The notes beneath the pieces were generated by a model. That model ran no database searches. It was not told the DNA's origin and worked only from the letters and a program-made list of their open reading frames with translations. Shown here one piece after another: positions 26,500 to 39,343 of a stretch of DNA of 64,000 bases; within the stretch, counting starts at the first letter, position 1; each line of letters opens with the position of its first letter. Made by a program: the position numbers and the translations under genes. This DNA comes from Mobula birostris. Lineage: Eukaryota. The stretch lies in NCBI RefSeq assembly GCF_030028105.1, contig NC_092371.1, positions 204,288,031-204,352,030 of the forward strand, read 5' to 3'.

Positions 26500-29400
26500 G
26501 TAGACTAGTCTAGACGTTTAGGATGAACTGGCTAATTGGATCCAAAATCTGCTAGTGATAGGATGCAGAGGGTAGTGTTGAAAGTTGTTTTTCTGATTGG
26601 GACCTGTACAAATGGAAAGGTTTGCACCTGAACTCCAAGTGAGGGGGGAACCAGTATTCTTGCAGGAAGGTTTGCTAGTGGGTTTGCTCAGGGAGAGGGT
26701 AGTTGGTGGTGCCACATGCAAGTTAGAGAACAGTTTAATGTGGGAAAGGATATGGTGAAGGAGGGAGGGCTTCAGATTTTTTTGTAATGTTGGGCACTTT
26801 TCCAAGGAAGGGAGGGCCTTTACAATTGGGATGGTTTACACCTGAACTGGAAGGGTACCAATATCCTTGTGGGAAGGTTTGCCTGAGGCTCCGGAGGGTT
26901 CCTGTACTGTGGAAGACGTCCTGCCTCGTCCCTGTGCCGAAGATGCTGTGCCCCAGCGGCCTCAATGACTATAGACCGGTGGCATTGACCTCCCACATCA
27001 TGAAGACCCTGGAGAAACTTGTTCTGGAGCTGCCCCGGCCGATGGTCAGGCCACACTCAGATCCCCTCTGGTTCACCTACCAGCCCCGACTAGGAGTTGA
27101 GGATGCCATCGTCTACCTGCTGAACCGTGTCTACGCCCACCTGGACAAGCCAGCGAGCACTGTGAGGGTCACGTTTTTTGACGTCTCCAGTGCATGCAAC
27201 ACCATCCGCCCTACTCTGCTGGGGGAGAAGCTGACAGCGATGGAGGTGGATGCTTCCCTGATATCATGGATTCTTGATTACCTGACTGGCAGACCACAGT
27301 ACGTGTGCTTGCAACACTGTGTGTCTGACAGAGTGATCAGCAGCACTGGGGCTCCACAGGGGACTGTCTTGTCTCCCTTTCTCTTCATCATTTACACCTC
27401 AGACTTCAACTACTGCACAGAGTCTTGTCATCTTCAGAAGTTTTCTGATGACTGCCATAGTTGGATGCATCGGCAAGGGAGATGAGGCTGAGTACAGGGC
27501 TACGGTAGGAAACTTTGTCACATGGTGTGAACAGAATTATCTGCAGCTTAATGTGAAAAAGTCTAAGGAGCTGATGGTAGACCTGAGGAGAGCTAAGGTA
27601 CCGGTGACCCCTGTTTCCATCCAGGGGGTCAGTGTGGACATGGTGGAGGATTACAAATACCTGGGGATACGAATTGACAATAAACTGGACTGGTCAAAGA
27701 ACACTGAGGCTGTCTACAAGAAGGGTCAGAGCCACCTCTGTTTCCTGAGGAGACTCAGGTCCTTTAACATCTGCCAGACGATGCTGAGAATGTTCTACGA
27801 GTGCGGTGGCCAGTGCGATCATGTTTGCTGTTGTGTGCTGGGGCAGCAGGCTGAGGGTAACAGACACCAACAAAATCAACAAACTCATCCGTAAGGCCAT
27901 GATGTTGTGGGGATGGAACTGGACTCTCACACGGTGGTGTCTGAAAAGAGGATGCTGTCTAAGTTGCATGCCATCTTGGTCAATGTTTCCCATCCGCTAC
28001 ATAATGTACTGGGTGGACACAGGAGTACATTCAGCCAGAGACTCATTCTGCCGAGATGCAGCACTGAGCGCCATAGGAAGTCATTCCTGCCTGTGGCCAT
28101 CAAACTTTACAACTCCTCCCTTGGAGGGTCAGACACCCTGAGCCAATAGGCTGGTCCTGGACTTATTTCATAATTTACTGGCATAATTTACATATTACTA
28201 TTTAACTATTATGGTTCTATTACTATTTATTATTTATGGTGCAACTGTAACGAAAACCAATTTTCCCCCGGGATCAATAAAGTATGACTATGACTAGTGC
28301 TGCTCTTGGGGATGGGAAGTAGAGTGCCAGAGCTGCTAGTGAGGTAGTTCTGAGGAAAGTACATGTTAAGCCTATACATGGAACTGAAAGGTTGTGCAGG
28401 ATATATTGTGGATAAGCTAAGAAGTTGGATTAGCATATGGAATTATGATATTGTAGCTATTATTGAGACTTGGTTACATGAGGGGTAGGACTGGCAGCTC
28501 AATGTTCTAAGGTTCTGTTGCTTTATAAAACAATAGTAGAGGGGGACTTAAAGGGGGAATAGTGGTATTGCTCATTAGGGAAAATGTCATGGCATTGTTC
28601 AGGCAGGACAAACTAGGCTGCTGAGGCTGTACAGGTGGAACTGAGATTATATTATAAACCTCCCAAAAGTAAGTGGATTTAGATCAGCACATTTGTGGAG
28701 ACAGTTGCAAGAAAAATATTGGTGCGATAGGTGATTTTAACTTTCCATATATTGACTGGGACTCCCATACTGTCAAAAGACTGGATAGGATAGAATGTCA
28801 AATGTGTTCAGCAAAGTTTCTTTAATATGTAGAGGTCCCAACTAGGGAGTGCGAAACTGAATCTCTTTATTAGGAATGAGATAGGGCAGGTGACAGAGAT
28901 GTGTGTAGGAAAGCAGCTTGGATCTAGTGATCATAATTCCATTAGTTTCAAGATAATCATGGAGAAGGATAACACTGGTTCTCTCGCAGGTGTGGATTTT
29001 TTTTTGCGTGGCAAAGAAATACTTGATAAGTGAGATGCCTTCAGAACTGCAGTGGGATCTGAGCCAACTGGAAAAATGGTAGATGGAATTTAATGAAGAC
29101 TAGTGTGATGTGCTGCAATTTGGCAGGACAAACCAGGTTCAAACTTACACAATGAATGGTAGGGCAGTGAGGACTGCGGTAGTACAGAGGAATCCGGATA
29201 TACAGATCCATACAGACAGGTTTGTAAAAGGAATTTTTGGCACATTGGCCTTCATAAATCTAGAGTATTGATTGGGATGTTATGTTGAAGTTGTATAAAA
29301 CATTGGTGAGGTCAAATTTGGAGCATTATGTGCACTTCTCGTCACCTACCTACCGGAATGATATCAATAACATAGAAAGAGTACAGAAAAATATTTATGA

Positions 29401-30510
29401 AGATGTTGTTGCGACTTGACCTGAGTTATAGGGAAAGGTTAGAGTTTTATTCCTTAGAGAGTAGGAAAATGATGGTGATTTGATAGAGGTATAGAAAGTC
29501 AAGGTGTGTATTGTTAAGGGTAAAGGCAAGCTGGCTTTTTCCACCGAGGCAGGGTGACACTAGAACTAGAGGACACAGGTTAAAGGTGAACTGTGAAATA
29601 TTTACAAGGAACCTGAGGAGGAACTACTTCACTCAGAGGGTGGTGCAAGTGTGGAAAGAGCTGCCAGTGGATGTGGCAAATGAGTGTTTGAAACATTTAA
29701 GAGAAGTGTGGATAGGTACGTGGATTGGAGGGGTATTGGGGGTTATGGTCCAGATGCGGGTCAATGGGAATGGGGAATAGAGAGGGGGGTGGAGGGCATT
29801 ATCAGAAGTTCGAGAAATCAATGTTAAGTTTGGAGGCACCCAGATGGAGTCAAAGAGGGGTAATGTAAAAGGTAGGGCATTGAGGAATATTGTTGAACAG
29901 AGAGAACTAGGAGCCATTGGTTCATTTAGCCATTGGTCAAGGCATGGTAGAGTTCAATCCTTGTGTTGCAACATTACATATCTCTGTTCAACTGCATTTG
30001 AAGGTCCAGTCACCACACTATAGGATGGATATTATTGCCCTAGAGAGAGCACAGAAGAGATTCACTAGGATATTACCTGAGGTGGAGGACTTAAGTTATG
30101 AGAAGAGATCAGATAACCTTTTTTCTTTCTCTGGGACTGATGGAAGCTGAAGGGTGACCTGAAAGAAATATATATGACAAGGATTCAATTAACCATCGAT
30201 GAGGTAGATAGTGAAGTGTACTTTAGGAAATTAGCAGGGGTCTTGAAACATAGTTTTAGGGTGACAGGAAAATATTTTAAAGGGGATCTTAGGTGTGTGT
30301 TTTTTTTTTAACTTAACGAGTGGTACATTCCTGGAACACACGGCCAGAAGGGGTGAAGCAATCAAATACAATTACTACATTTAAGTGACCATTACACAAA
30401 CACTTAATAAGCAAGGCAAGATGGGTATGGTCGAAATGCAGGCAAATGGAATTGGTGTAGATGGGCAAAAAAACTGATGTGGTGGACTGAAGGGCCCCCA
30501 TTTCTTATTG
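26500..30510 (+). mobile_element. Cluster of old CR1 fragments, host of the Rex1 insertion
   Basis: Endonuclease remnants (GDFNF, DIVAI.ETW) and TRGHRLK / FTQRVV.VW motifs with many lesions. Confidence 0.7.
26883..28296 (+). mobile_element. Young 5'-truncated Rex1/Babar-clade LINE with frameshifted RT
   Basis: NDYRPVALTSHIMK, TGAPQGTVLSPFLF, FSDD, YKYLG; aataaa plus (tgacta)n tail; inserted at tttgc|tagtgct of a CR1. Confidence 0.9.
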
Positions 30511-30874
30511 TACAAGCTTGATTATTATTCTGGTCTCTGGAAAGTGAAAGTAAAAGAAAAGGAAAACTTGTGATAATCAAATTTCATAATATAAAAATTA
30601 TCCTATATCTGTTTTTAATATATAAACACATCCTATTTATATAATATAAAAAGAGGCTATATTAAGATGCTGAGGAATAATTTTATAGACAAGAGCCTCA
30701 AAAGCCTCAGCTTACCATTGTACTGGATCTGAATGACACAATTAAATTCTATGCTTAATTGTGAACAGTGAACAAATTATTTCAACAGCTATTGGTTTTT
30801 GAGTTATGGATTCGAAGTGTGGGTAGAGTTGATTTTTTTCCGCCTATTTTTATTACCAAATCACTACTTTTTAG

Positions 30875-31018
30875 GTTATCAAGTTCTAGCGCCAGCTGCT
30901 TACTATGACCAGACTGGCACCTTAGTAGTGGGACCTGGAGCAAGAACTGGATTAGGGACACCAGTTAGGCTGGTAGCATCAACACCAGTTATCATCAGCT
31001 CCGCTGCCGCACAAGCTG
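30875..31018 (+). CDS. PUM2: PUM2 exon G ([26 protein letters not shown]...SSAAAQA), phase 1 to 1
   Basis: tttttag acceptor, gtaggt donor; 144 nt. Confidence 0.95.
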
Positions 31019-31412
31019 GTAGGTCATGATTTTAATATGAAGTGCTAATATTTATTGCTTTCAAGTGAAAGATGTGGCTGAAATGGCAAACTTACTGCTT
31101 GTCTGCTTCTTATCAGCAGCAATGGTCACAATATATGATCAGCAAAGCCTCATCAGGGGCACTAAACTCCTTTCAGAGTTCAATGTTTGCTCCCTTGGTT
31201 GAATTTTGTGCTTGTTTGATTTTATTTTATTTGTGAGTGGTCATGTGCCTGGCCCATGCATGCCCCTATTAAAGGTGCTATTCTCTCTCCCCCCCCCCCC
31301 CCCCACACTTGGAACATAGGAACATAATTCTTCAATCCCTGTTTTCACATTGCACATTCTTAAGCATAGCTGACTTAGGGCAGTGAACAATGCAGAGGAT
31401 GGTGACAGATTA

Positions 31413-31930
31413 CAGACATCCCACCTCTCCTGGAAGTTCCGGGAGTCTCCCACATATAAATAGTGGTTCCCTGATGCCCGCAAGTTATATATAATATCGC
31501 GGAAATCAATTTTTTTGTGAGCGAGAGAGAATGCGAGCGAGAGCGTGAGAGAGCGCACAAGCGAGCGAGAGCGCGCCATGGGAGAGTGTTCCAGAAAAAG
31601 AAAATATAAAACGTACGTCACCCCAGACTACACTAAAGTGTACCCCTGCCTAATAGGGGTCAAAAATAATGACAGTGTTGCTCACTGCACTGTTTGCAAC
31701 AGTGACTTTTCTATTGCCCATGGTGGGTTAAGGCTGTAAAAGACACATTGAGGTGAGTTTAACAGGTTTCATTCATTCATCAGCATAGCTAACGTTATTT
31801 AAACTAGCTGGCTAGCTGCCAAGAAGCTACTCCATTGCAGACGTCCCATCTCTCCCGGAGGTTCCGGGAATCTCCCGCAAATTGATGGTGTTACCTCCCT
31901 GAAAAGAGTTTTTGCAGGGTGGGATGTCTG
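31413..31930 (+). mobile_element. Non-autonomous hAT-like element with transposase N-terminal zinc-finger remnant
   Basis: 13-bp TIR CAGACATCCCACC / GGTGGGATGTCTG; 6-bp near-TSD agatta/agattg; AHCTVCNSDFSIAHGG (BED/TTF-like). Confidence 0.8.
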
Positions 31931-33164
31931 AGATTGCCATCTCTGAATATGAAATTGCTGGTGGAAATTCCATTGAAGGGAAGGGTTTTTCTTTTAAGTT
32001 TAGACATGTACAGTCCTGCATTTATAAAAAAATGTAGAAGTTGCCATTCAAGAACAGCAACTAGAAGTTGCCTGACACCATGTTTAGCCCAATATTACAG
32101 GGAGTAATTTATATTTTGTGGGCATTGGCCTTTTGGATAATGAAGTTGATCTTCAGTGATGAAAATTGAACAGTTGCTTCTAGTTACTGAATATTCTAGA
32201 CATCACTTGTAGATTATTTCACCATAAAGGTTAACTGCATATTTGGCAGTTAATTAGTAGGGCAGGGAGAGACAGATAGAGAGACAGTTTACCAAGTCAA
32301 ACCCAATAAAATCCCCGAACTTAACTCTTATCCCTATACATTGGTTAATTTCATAGATATAAGTGAATGCCCAGCATTTCCTCATCATTTTATAAATCAA
32401 TTTATTTTCAATTAAAATGAATCTGTTAAACATACTGTATACGTTCACTGCTGTTCATGCTACATTTCAACTGGGCACAGATCTATTTTTTGAGAGCTAT
32501 TAATTTGAGGAGCAAGAAAATACATTTTAAGCTGTGTACTCTGAACCTTTCTCAGCAATGCCACTTGGGTATGTCAGAAATATATTTTTACCCAGTTCTT
32601 AAGGCATGCTCAACAAACTCCATGCCTTACAAATCATTTTTTTCCCCCTAAAAAGTACTAATGTCCTACTAATGCTGCTGTCAATTTGTTTTGAATTATG
32701 AAAGATGTGTATAAACCAATGCAAGTCTCAACCCAGATTTTGGGAGACAAAAGAAAAATCTCAATATCCATCATAAGTTATGTGAAGGTCATGTAACTTC
32801 AAATGCATGAAGGTGGACCTTAGAGTCTACCTTGTTATAATCTTGCACCTTGATGTTTGCCTGCTCAGCCATTTCCTCTCTGACTGTTAGACTTTATTCT
32901 GCATTGTTTTACTTACTTTTACCTGGATGTACTATGTAATGATTTAATCTATATTAACGGTATACAAGACAACTTTTCACTCTATCTTGGTTCATACAGT
33001 AATAAACAAATTCCAATCCCTTATTGGAATTCCAATTTGAAATCCAATAAGGCCAGCATGAAATAAGTTTCAGCAGTTGAATGAACTGTTGATATTGAAG
33101 CTTAGCAAGCGTTTATTGATATAATTACAGCCATAACCGCGATGGGAATAAAACTGAATAGCTG

Positions 33165-33860
33165 GTATTCAATGTCGCAAAAACAAAGGAGCTGGTTGTG
33201 GACTACAGGAGGAATGGAGGCAGGCTAACCCCTGTAGTCATCAGTGGATCTGGGGTTGAGAGGGTGAACAACTTTAAGTTCCTCTGCATGCATATCACCA
33301 AGGACCTCACATGGTCTTTACATACCGGCTGTGTGGTGAAAAAAGCACAACAGTGCCTCTTTCACCTCAGACAGTTGAAGAAGTTTGGCTTGAGTCCCTA
33401 AATCCTAAGGACTTTCTACAGGGGCACAATTGAGAGCATCCTGACTGGCTGCGTCACTGCCTGGTATGGGAACTGTACTTCCCTCAATCGCAGGACTCTG
33501 CAGAGAGTGGTATGGACAGACCAGCACATCTGTGGATGTAAACTTCCCACTATTCAGGACATTTACAGCGACAGATGCAAAAAAAAAAAAGGGCCGGAAG
33601 GATCATTGAAGCCCCAAATCACTCCAACCACAAACTGTTCCAGCTGCTACCATCTGGAAATGGTATCACAGTATAAAAGCCAGGACCAACAGGCTCCAGG
33701 ACAGCTTCTTCCGTAAGGCCATCAGACTGATTAATTCACGCTGACACAATTATATTCTATGCTATTTTGACTGTTCTGTTGTATGTACTATTTATTATAA
33801 ATTACTATAAATTGCACATTCAAATGGAGATGTAACGTAAAGATTTTTACTCCTCGTATG
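33165..33860 (+). mobile_element. Rex1/L2-like LINE 3' fragment; its tail resumes at about 35566-35603
   Basis: KTKELVVDYRR, FKFL, IESILTGCVTAWYGNC motifs; aataaa-(caatt)n tail beyond the nested CR1. Confidence 0.8.
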
Positions 33861-35565
33861 TAGAAAACATAGAAAATAGGTGCAGGAGTAGGCCATTCGG
33901 CCCTTCGAGCCTGCACCGCCATTTATTATGATCATGACTGATCATCCAACTCAGAACCCCGCCCCAGCCTTCCCTCCATACCCCCTGATCCCCGTAGCCA
34001 CAAGGGCCATATCTAACTCCCTCTTAAATATAGCCAACGTACTGGCCTCAACTGCTTCCTGTGGCAGAGAATTCCACAGATTCACCACTCTCTGGGTGAA
34101 GAAGTTTTACCTAATCTCGGCCCAAAAGGCTTCCCCTTTATCCTCAAACTGTGACCCCTTGTTCTGGACTTCCCCAACATCGGGAACAATCTTCTTGCAT
34201 CTAGCCTGTCCAATCCCTTTAGGATTTTATACGTTTCAATCAGATCCCCCTCAATCTTCTAAATTCCAACGAGTACAAGCCCAGTTCATCCAGTCTTTCT
34301 TCATATGAAAGTCCTGCCATCCCAGGAATCAATCTGGTGAACCTTCTTTGTACTCCCTCTATGGCAAGGATGTCTTTCCTCAGATTAGGGGACCAAAACT
34401 GCACACAATACTCCAGGTGAGGTCTCACCAAGGCCTTGTACAACTGCAGTACTACCTCCCTGCTCCTGTACTCAAATCCTCTCGCTATAAATGCCAGCAT
34501 ACCATTCGCCTTTTTCACCGCCTGCTGTACCTGCATGCCCACTTTCAATGACTGGTGTATAATGACACCCAGGTCTCGTTGCACCTCCCCTTTTCCTAAT
34601 CGGCCACCATTCAGATAATAATCTGTTTTCCTATTTTTGTCACCAAAGTGGATAACTTCACATTTATCCACATTAAATTGTATCTGCCATGAATTTTCCC
34701 ACTCACCCAACCTATCCAAGTCACCCTGCATCCTCTTAGCATCCTCCTCACAGCTAACACTGCCACCCAGCTTCGTGTCATCCGCAAACTTGGAGATGCT
34801 GCATTTAATTCCCTCATCCAAGTCATTAATATATATTGTAAACAACTGGGGTCCCAGCACTGAGCCTTGCGGTACCCCACTAGTCACCGCCTGCCATTCT
34901 GAAAAGGTCCCGTTTATTCCCACTCTTTGCTTCCTGTCTGCTAACCAATTCTCCATCCACATCAATACCTTACCCCCAATACCGTGTGCTTTAAGTTTGC
35001 ACACTAATCTCCTGTGTGGGACCTTGTCAAAAGCCTTTTGAAAATCCAAATATACCACATCCACTGGTTCTCCCCTATCCACTCTACTAGTTACATCCTC
35101 AAAAAATTCAATGAGATTCGTCAGACATGATTTTCCCTTCACAAATCCATGCTGACTTTGTCCGATGGTTTCACCACTTTCCAAATGTGCTGTTATCACA
35201 TCTTTGATAACTGACTCCAGCAGTTTCCCCACCACCAACGTTAGGCTAACCAGTCTATAATTCCCCAGTTTCTCTCTCCCTCCTTTTTTAAAAAGTGGGG
35301 TTACATTAGCCACCCTCCAATCCTCAGGAACTAGTACAGAATCTAACGAGTTTTGAAAAATTATCACTAATGCATCCACTATTTCTTGGGCTAGTTCCTT
35401 AAGCACTCTAGGATGTAGACCATCTGGCCCTGGGGATTTATCTGCCTTCAATCCCTTCAATTTGCCTAACACCACTTCCCTACTAACAAGTATTTCGCTC
35501 AGTTCCTCCATCTCACTTGGACCCTCTGTCCCCTACTATTTCTGGAAGATTATTTATGTCCTCCT
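33861..35565 (-). mobile_element. Young 5'-truncated CR1 with an open 423-aa RT
   Basis: ORF 34240..35511 has all RT motifs (KSPGPDG, DFQKAFD, SGVPQGSVLGP, FADD); (tttctatg) tail. Confidence 0.95.
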
Positions 35566-36204
35566 GTGTGAAGGATATAAGAAATAAAGTCAATTCAAAT
35601 CAAGAAGATTGCCTATTTTGATGATGTCATGCCTCATGTTAGAAGGAATTACATAAAATACTTTGTTCCTTTTCCATTATTCTTCAAGGTGTTGCATTGT
35701 TACATGTCTTATGATTCTAGGCCATGTGGAGAAGAGAGTACTGTACCACCAGTAACTGTCTTGTAATAGGTAGTAGGTTCCAGGCATCAGTACAAAATGA
35801 CACGAATGATTGTCAAATAGTTATCTTAATGTGAGAAGCTATTCTGCAGATCAAATGGGAGTGATTAGAAAAAGGAGACCCGTTCTTTGCTGATGTGGTA
35901 CCTTTCTCATGTCATCCCATCGTAGGTAAATCAGAAACTTGGTGAATGTTATTGATTGCTGTCTGTCTCCCTTGTTTGGGAATTTAAGAGAAGTTAACCG
36001 GATTTCTTAAATCAATCAATTTTAAAACCTATCCATTTCTGGGCAATAATCAACCTTCCTTATATTTAAGGATCAATGAATATTTGTGTTTAAGATGATT
36101 TTATTCATTGATGTACTCATATCTCAATTACTCTGTACATTTCTGATCACCAAATGACAGGGAAAATGGGGTTGCACCGGACAGCCCGGAAGGACAATTT
36201 ACAA

Positions 36205-36385
36205 AGACTCCCTTTTCTGTTTCATTCTGGCTTCTTCTCCCTTCCTTTCCAATCCTGATGAAGGATCTCGGCCATAAACGTTGACTGTTCATTTCTGCAG
36301 CTGCTGCCTGACCTTTTGAGTTCCTCCAGTATTTTGTGTGTGTTGCTCTGGATTTCCAGCATCTCAGGATCCCTTGTGTTTACAA
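36205..36385 (+). mobile_element. Penelope-like terminal repeat with inactivated hammerhead (GAAA to TAAA) at 36250-36287
   Basis: caatc-CTGATGA-aggatctcggcca-TAAACGTT-gactg plus pLTR tail. Confidence 0.75.
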
Positions 36386-36639
36386 ATCTGTTTCCAAATC
36401 CTGAAAATCCTAGGTATGAGGGGAGATTGTGTAAGTTAAGGTAGCTTTATTTGCCACAAAAGAGGCTGAAGTGAGACTGAAATGAAGTGTGAAAACATAT
36501 GAATGGGCAAGAGAGTAGATAGGAATAACTTGAGATTGAACGATGCTTAACAAGGTGCTGGAAGCAGAAACCCTATTTACATTAAATTAGTATTGGATGT
36601 GTTCTTGAATCCTGAAAAAAGCTCTGCGCTTTATACTTG

Positions 36640-37102
36640 CAACACACACAAAATACTGGTGGAACAGAGCAGACCAGACAGACCAGAAGAAGCACAGTCG
36701 ATGTTTCGGGCCAAGACCCTTTGTCAGGACTCTAAAAGTTGAAGGGCTGAAGAAACTACAGATGGGGAGCAGTGAGAGAGGGTTTCACTAAACTCCCGTC
36801 GAAAAGAAGATTTAAACTTCTTCAGTGAAGGCATCACTGGAAGAGGCTTTGCAGTAGTTAATTTAAAAACGCAAACATGAGGAAATCTGCCGATGCTGGA
36901 AATTCAAGCAACACACACAAAATGCTGGTGGAACATAGCAGGCCAGACAGCATCCATTGGAAGAAGTACAGTCCTGATGAAGGATCTTGACCCGAAATGT
37001 CGACTGCTTCTTCCTATGGATGTTGTCTGGTCTGCTGCATTCCACCAGAATTTTGTGTGTGTTGCTTGAATTTCCAGCATCTGCAGAATTCCTCATATTT
37101 GC
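36640..37102. mobile_element. Non-autonomous Penelope-like element: pLTR, short ORF stub, pLTR plus inverted pLTR
   Basis: Direct repeats near 36640 and 36907, inverted arm 37002-37102; near-TSD tgcgctttatacttg / tgcactttatgcttg. Confidence 0.85.
36969..37006 (+). ncRNA. Minimal type-I hammerhead ribozyme motif, sense to PUM2
   Basis: CAGUC-CUGAUGA-aggaucuugaccc-GAAA-U-GUC^GACUG; stem I CAGUC/GACUG perfect; core intact; stem II has one mismatch and position 15.2 is U. Confidence 0.75.
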
Positions 37103-37129
37103 ACTTTATGCTTGATGTTTAGATTGGGA

Positions 37130-39240
37130 TAATGTCAAGGCTGCAGTAAAGGAGGAAGTCATGGATTGTCTACTGAGTCAGTGTGGGTGGAAGTTAGTGG
37201 CAGAAACTCTACAGTGTGTTTTTTTTTATTGACCCCACAATAGTGACAGGGATATCAAGGAGCAGGTAGGGAGGCAGATTCTAGAACCGTGCAATAACAA
37301 TAGGGTTGTTGTGATGGGACTTTCCTAATATTGATGAGCATCTCCTTAGCGCATGGGGTTTAGATGGGGTGGATTTTGTTACGCGTGTTCAGAAGGTTTC
37401 CTGACGCAATATGTAGATAAGCCAACTAGAGGAAAGGCTGTACTTGATCTGGTGTTGGGAAATGAACCTGGTCAGGTGTCAGATCTCTTGGTGAGAAAGC
37501 ATTTTGGAGGTAGTCATCACAACTCTTACCTCCTTTACCATAGTGCTGGAGAAGGATAGGAGCAGACAATTTGGGAAAACATTTAATTCGGGTAGGAGGA
37601 AATATGATGCTATTAGGCAAGAACTTGGGAGCATAAATTGGGAGCAGATGTTCTCAGAGAAATGCATGGCAGAAATGTGGCAAATGTTCACTGAGCATTT
37701 GCATGGCATTCTGCATAAATATGTTCCGCTGAGGCAGGGAAAGGATGGTAGAGTAAAAGAACCATGGTGTACAAAGGACATGGAAAATCCAGTTAAGAAC
37801 AAACAAAAAGCTAATGAAAGGTTCAAGAAACTAGGTACTGAGAGTGTTCTGGAAAATTACAAGGTTTCCAGGAAGGAGCTTAAGAATGAAATTAGGAGAG
37901 CTAGAAGGGGCTATGAGAAGATTTTGGCAAGCAAGATTAGGGAAAACCCCAAGGCTTTCTACAAGTATGTGAAGAGCAAAAGTATGAGTTGTGTGAGAAA
38001 GGGACCAATCAGGTGTGATACTGGAAACATGTGCATGCTGGAGTAGGTAGCAGAGGTGCTTAATGAATACTTTGCTTCATAGTTCACCGGGAAAAGGACC
38101 TTGGCATTTGTGGGGATGACTTACAGCAGACTGAATGCTTGAGCTTATAGACATTAAGAAAGAGAATGTGTTGGAGCCTTTGAAAAGCATTAAGTTAGAT
38201 ATGTCGCAGGACTGGACGAGATGTACCCCAGGGTACTATGGCAAATGAGCGAGATTGCTGAGCTTCTGGTGATGACCTTTGTATCTTCAATAGGGACAGG
38301 AGAAGTATTGGAGGGTTGCAAATGTTATTCCCTTGTTTAAGAAAGGGAGTAAAGATAACCCAGGAAATTATAGACCAGTGATCTTACTTAAGTGGTGGGC
38401 AAGTTGTTAAAGAAGATCCTCAAAGGCAGGATTTATGAGCATTTGTAGAGACATAATCTGATTAAGAATAGTCAGCATGGCTTTGTCAAGGGCAGGTCGT
38501 GCCTTACAAGCCTAATTAAATTCTTTGAGAGGTAACAAAACACATTAATAAAGGTGGAGCACTGGATGTACTGTATATGGATTTCAGTAGGGTCCCCCAT
38601 TCAAGGCTCATTCAGAAAGTAATGAGGCTTGAGAAACTAAGAGACCTTGCTCTGTGGATCCAAAATTGGCTTGCCCACAGAAGGCAAAGAGTGGTTGTAG
38701 ATGGTTCATATTCTGCATTGAGCACAGTGACCCAGTGGTGTTCCACAGGGATCTTTTCTGGGACCCCTCCTCTTTGTGATTTTTGTAAATGACCTGGATG
38801 AGGAAGTAGAAGGGTGGGTTAGTAATTTTGCTGATAACACTTACTGACTGGGCTGTGACGTGGCAGATGGAGTTTAATCCAGGTGAGTGTGAGGTGGTTC
38901 AATTTGTTAGGTCAAATTTGAAGACAGAATATCAAACTAATGTTAAGACACTTTGGCTGTGTGGAGGATCAGAGTGATCTTGTTGTCTGCGTCCATAGGA
39001 CACTCAAAGCTGCTGCGCACATTGACAGTGTTGTTAAGAAGGCGCATGGTGTATAGGCCTTCATCAGCTGTGGGATTGAGTTCAAGAACAATGAGGTAGT
39101 GTTACAGCTTTATAAGACCTTAGACCCCACTTGGAGTACTGTGTTCAGTTCTGGTCACCTCACTACAGGAAGAATGTGGATGCTATAGAAAGAGTGCAGA
39201 GGAGATTTAATAAGGATGTTGCCTGGATTGGAGAACATGC
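37130..39240 (+). mobile_element. Decayed CR1 ORF2, similar to 19872-23800
   Basis: FLTQYVDKPTRGKAVLDLVLGNEPGQV; ENPKAFYKYVKSK; RT remnants with stops. Confidence 0.88.
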
Positions 39241-39343
39241 AGTCATGCACTGTTGAACTTGAACACCACCCCGGTCGGCCGGTCAGCAAGAACATTGTCA
39301 ATATTAAACCGGTCCGTGGTGCAAAAAAGGTTGGGGACCCCTG
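39241..39343 (+). mobile_element. hAT-Charlie-type 3' end fragment
   Basis: aaaccggtccgtggtgcaaaaaaggttggggacccctg, the characteristic MER1/Charlie terminus (recalled). Confidence 0.65.
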
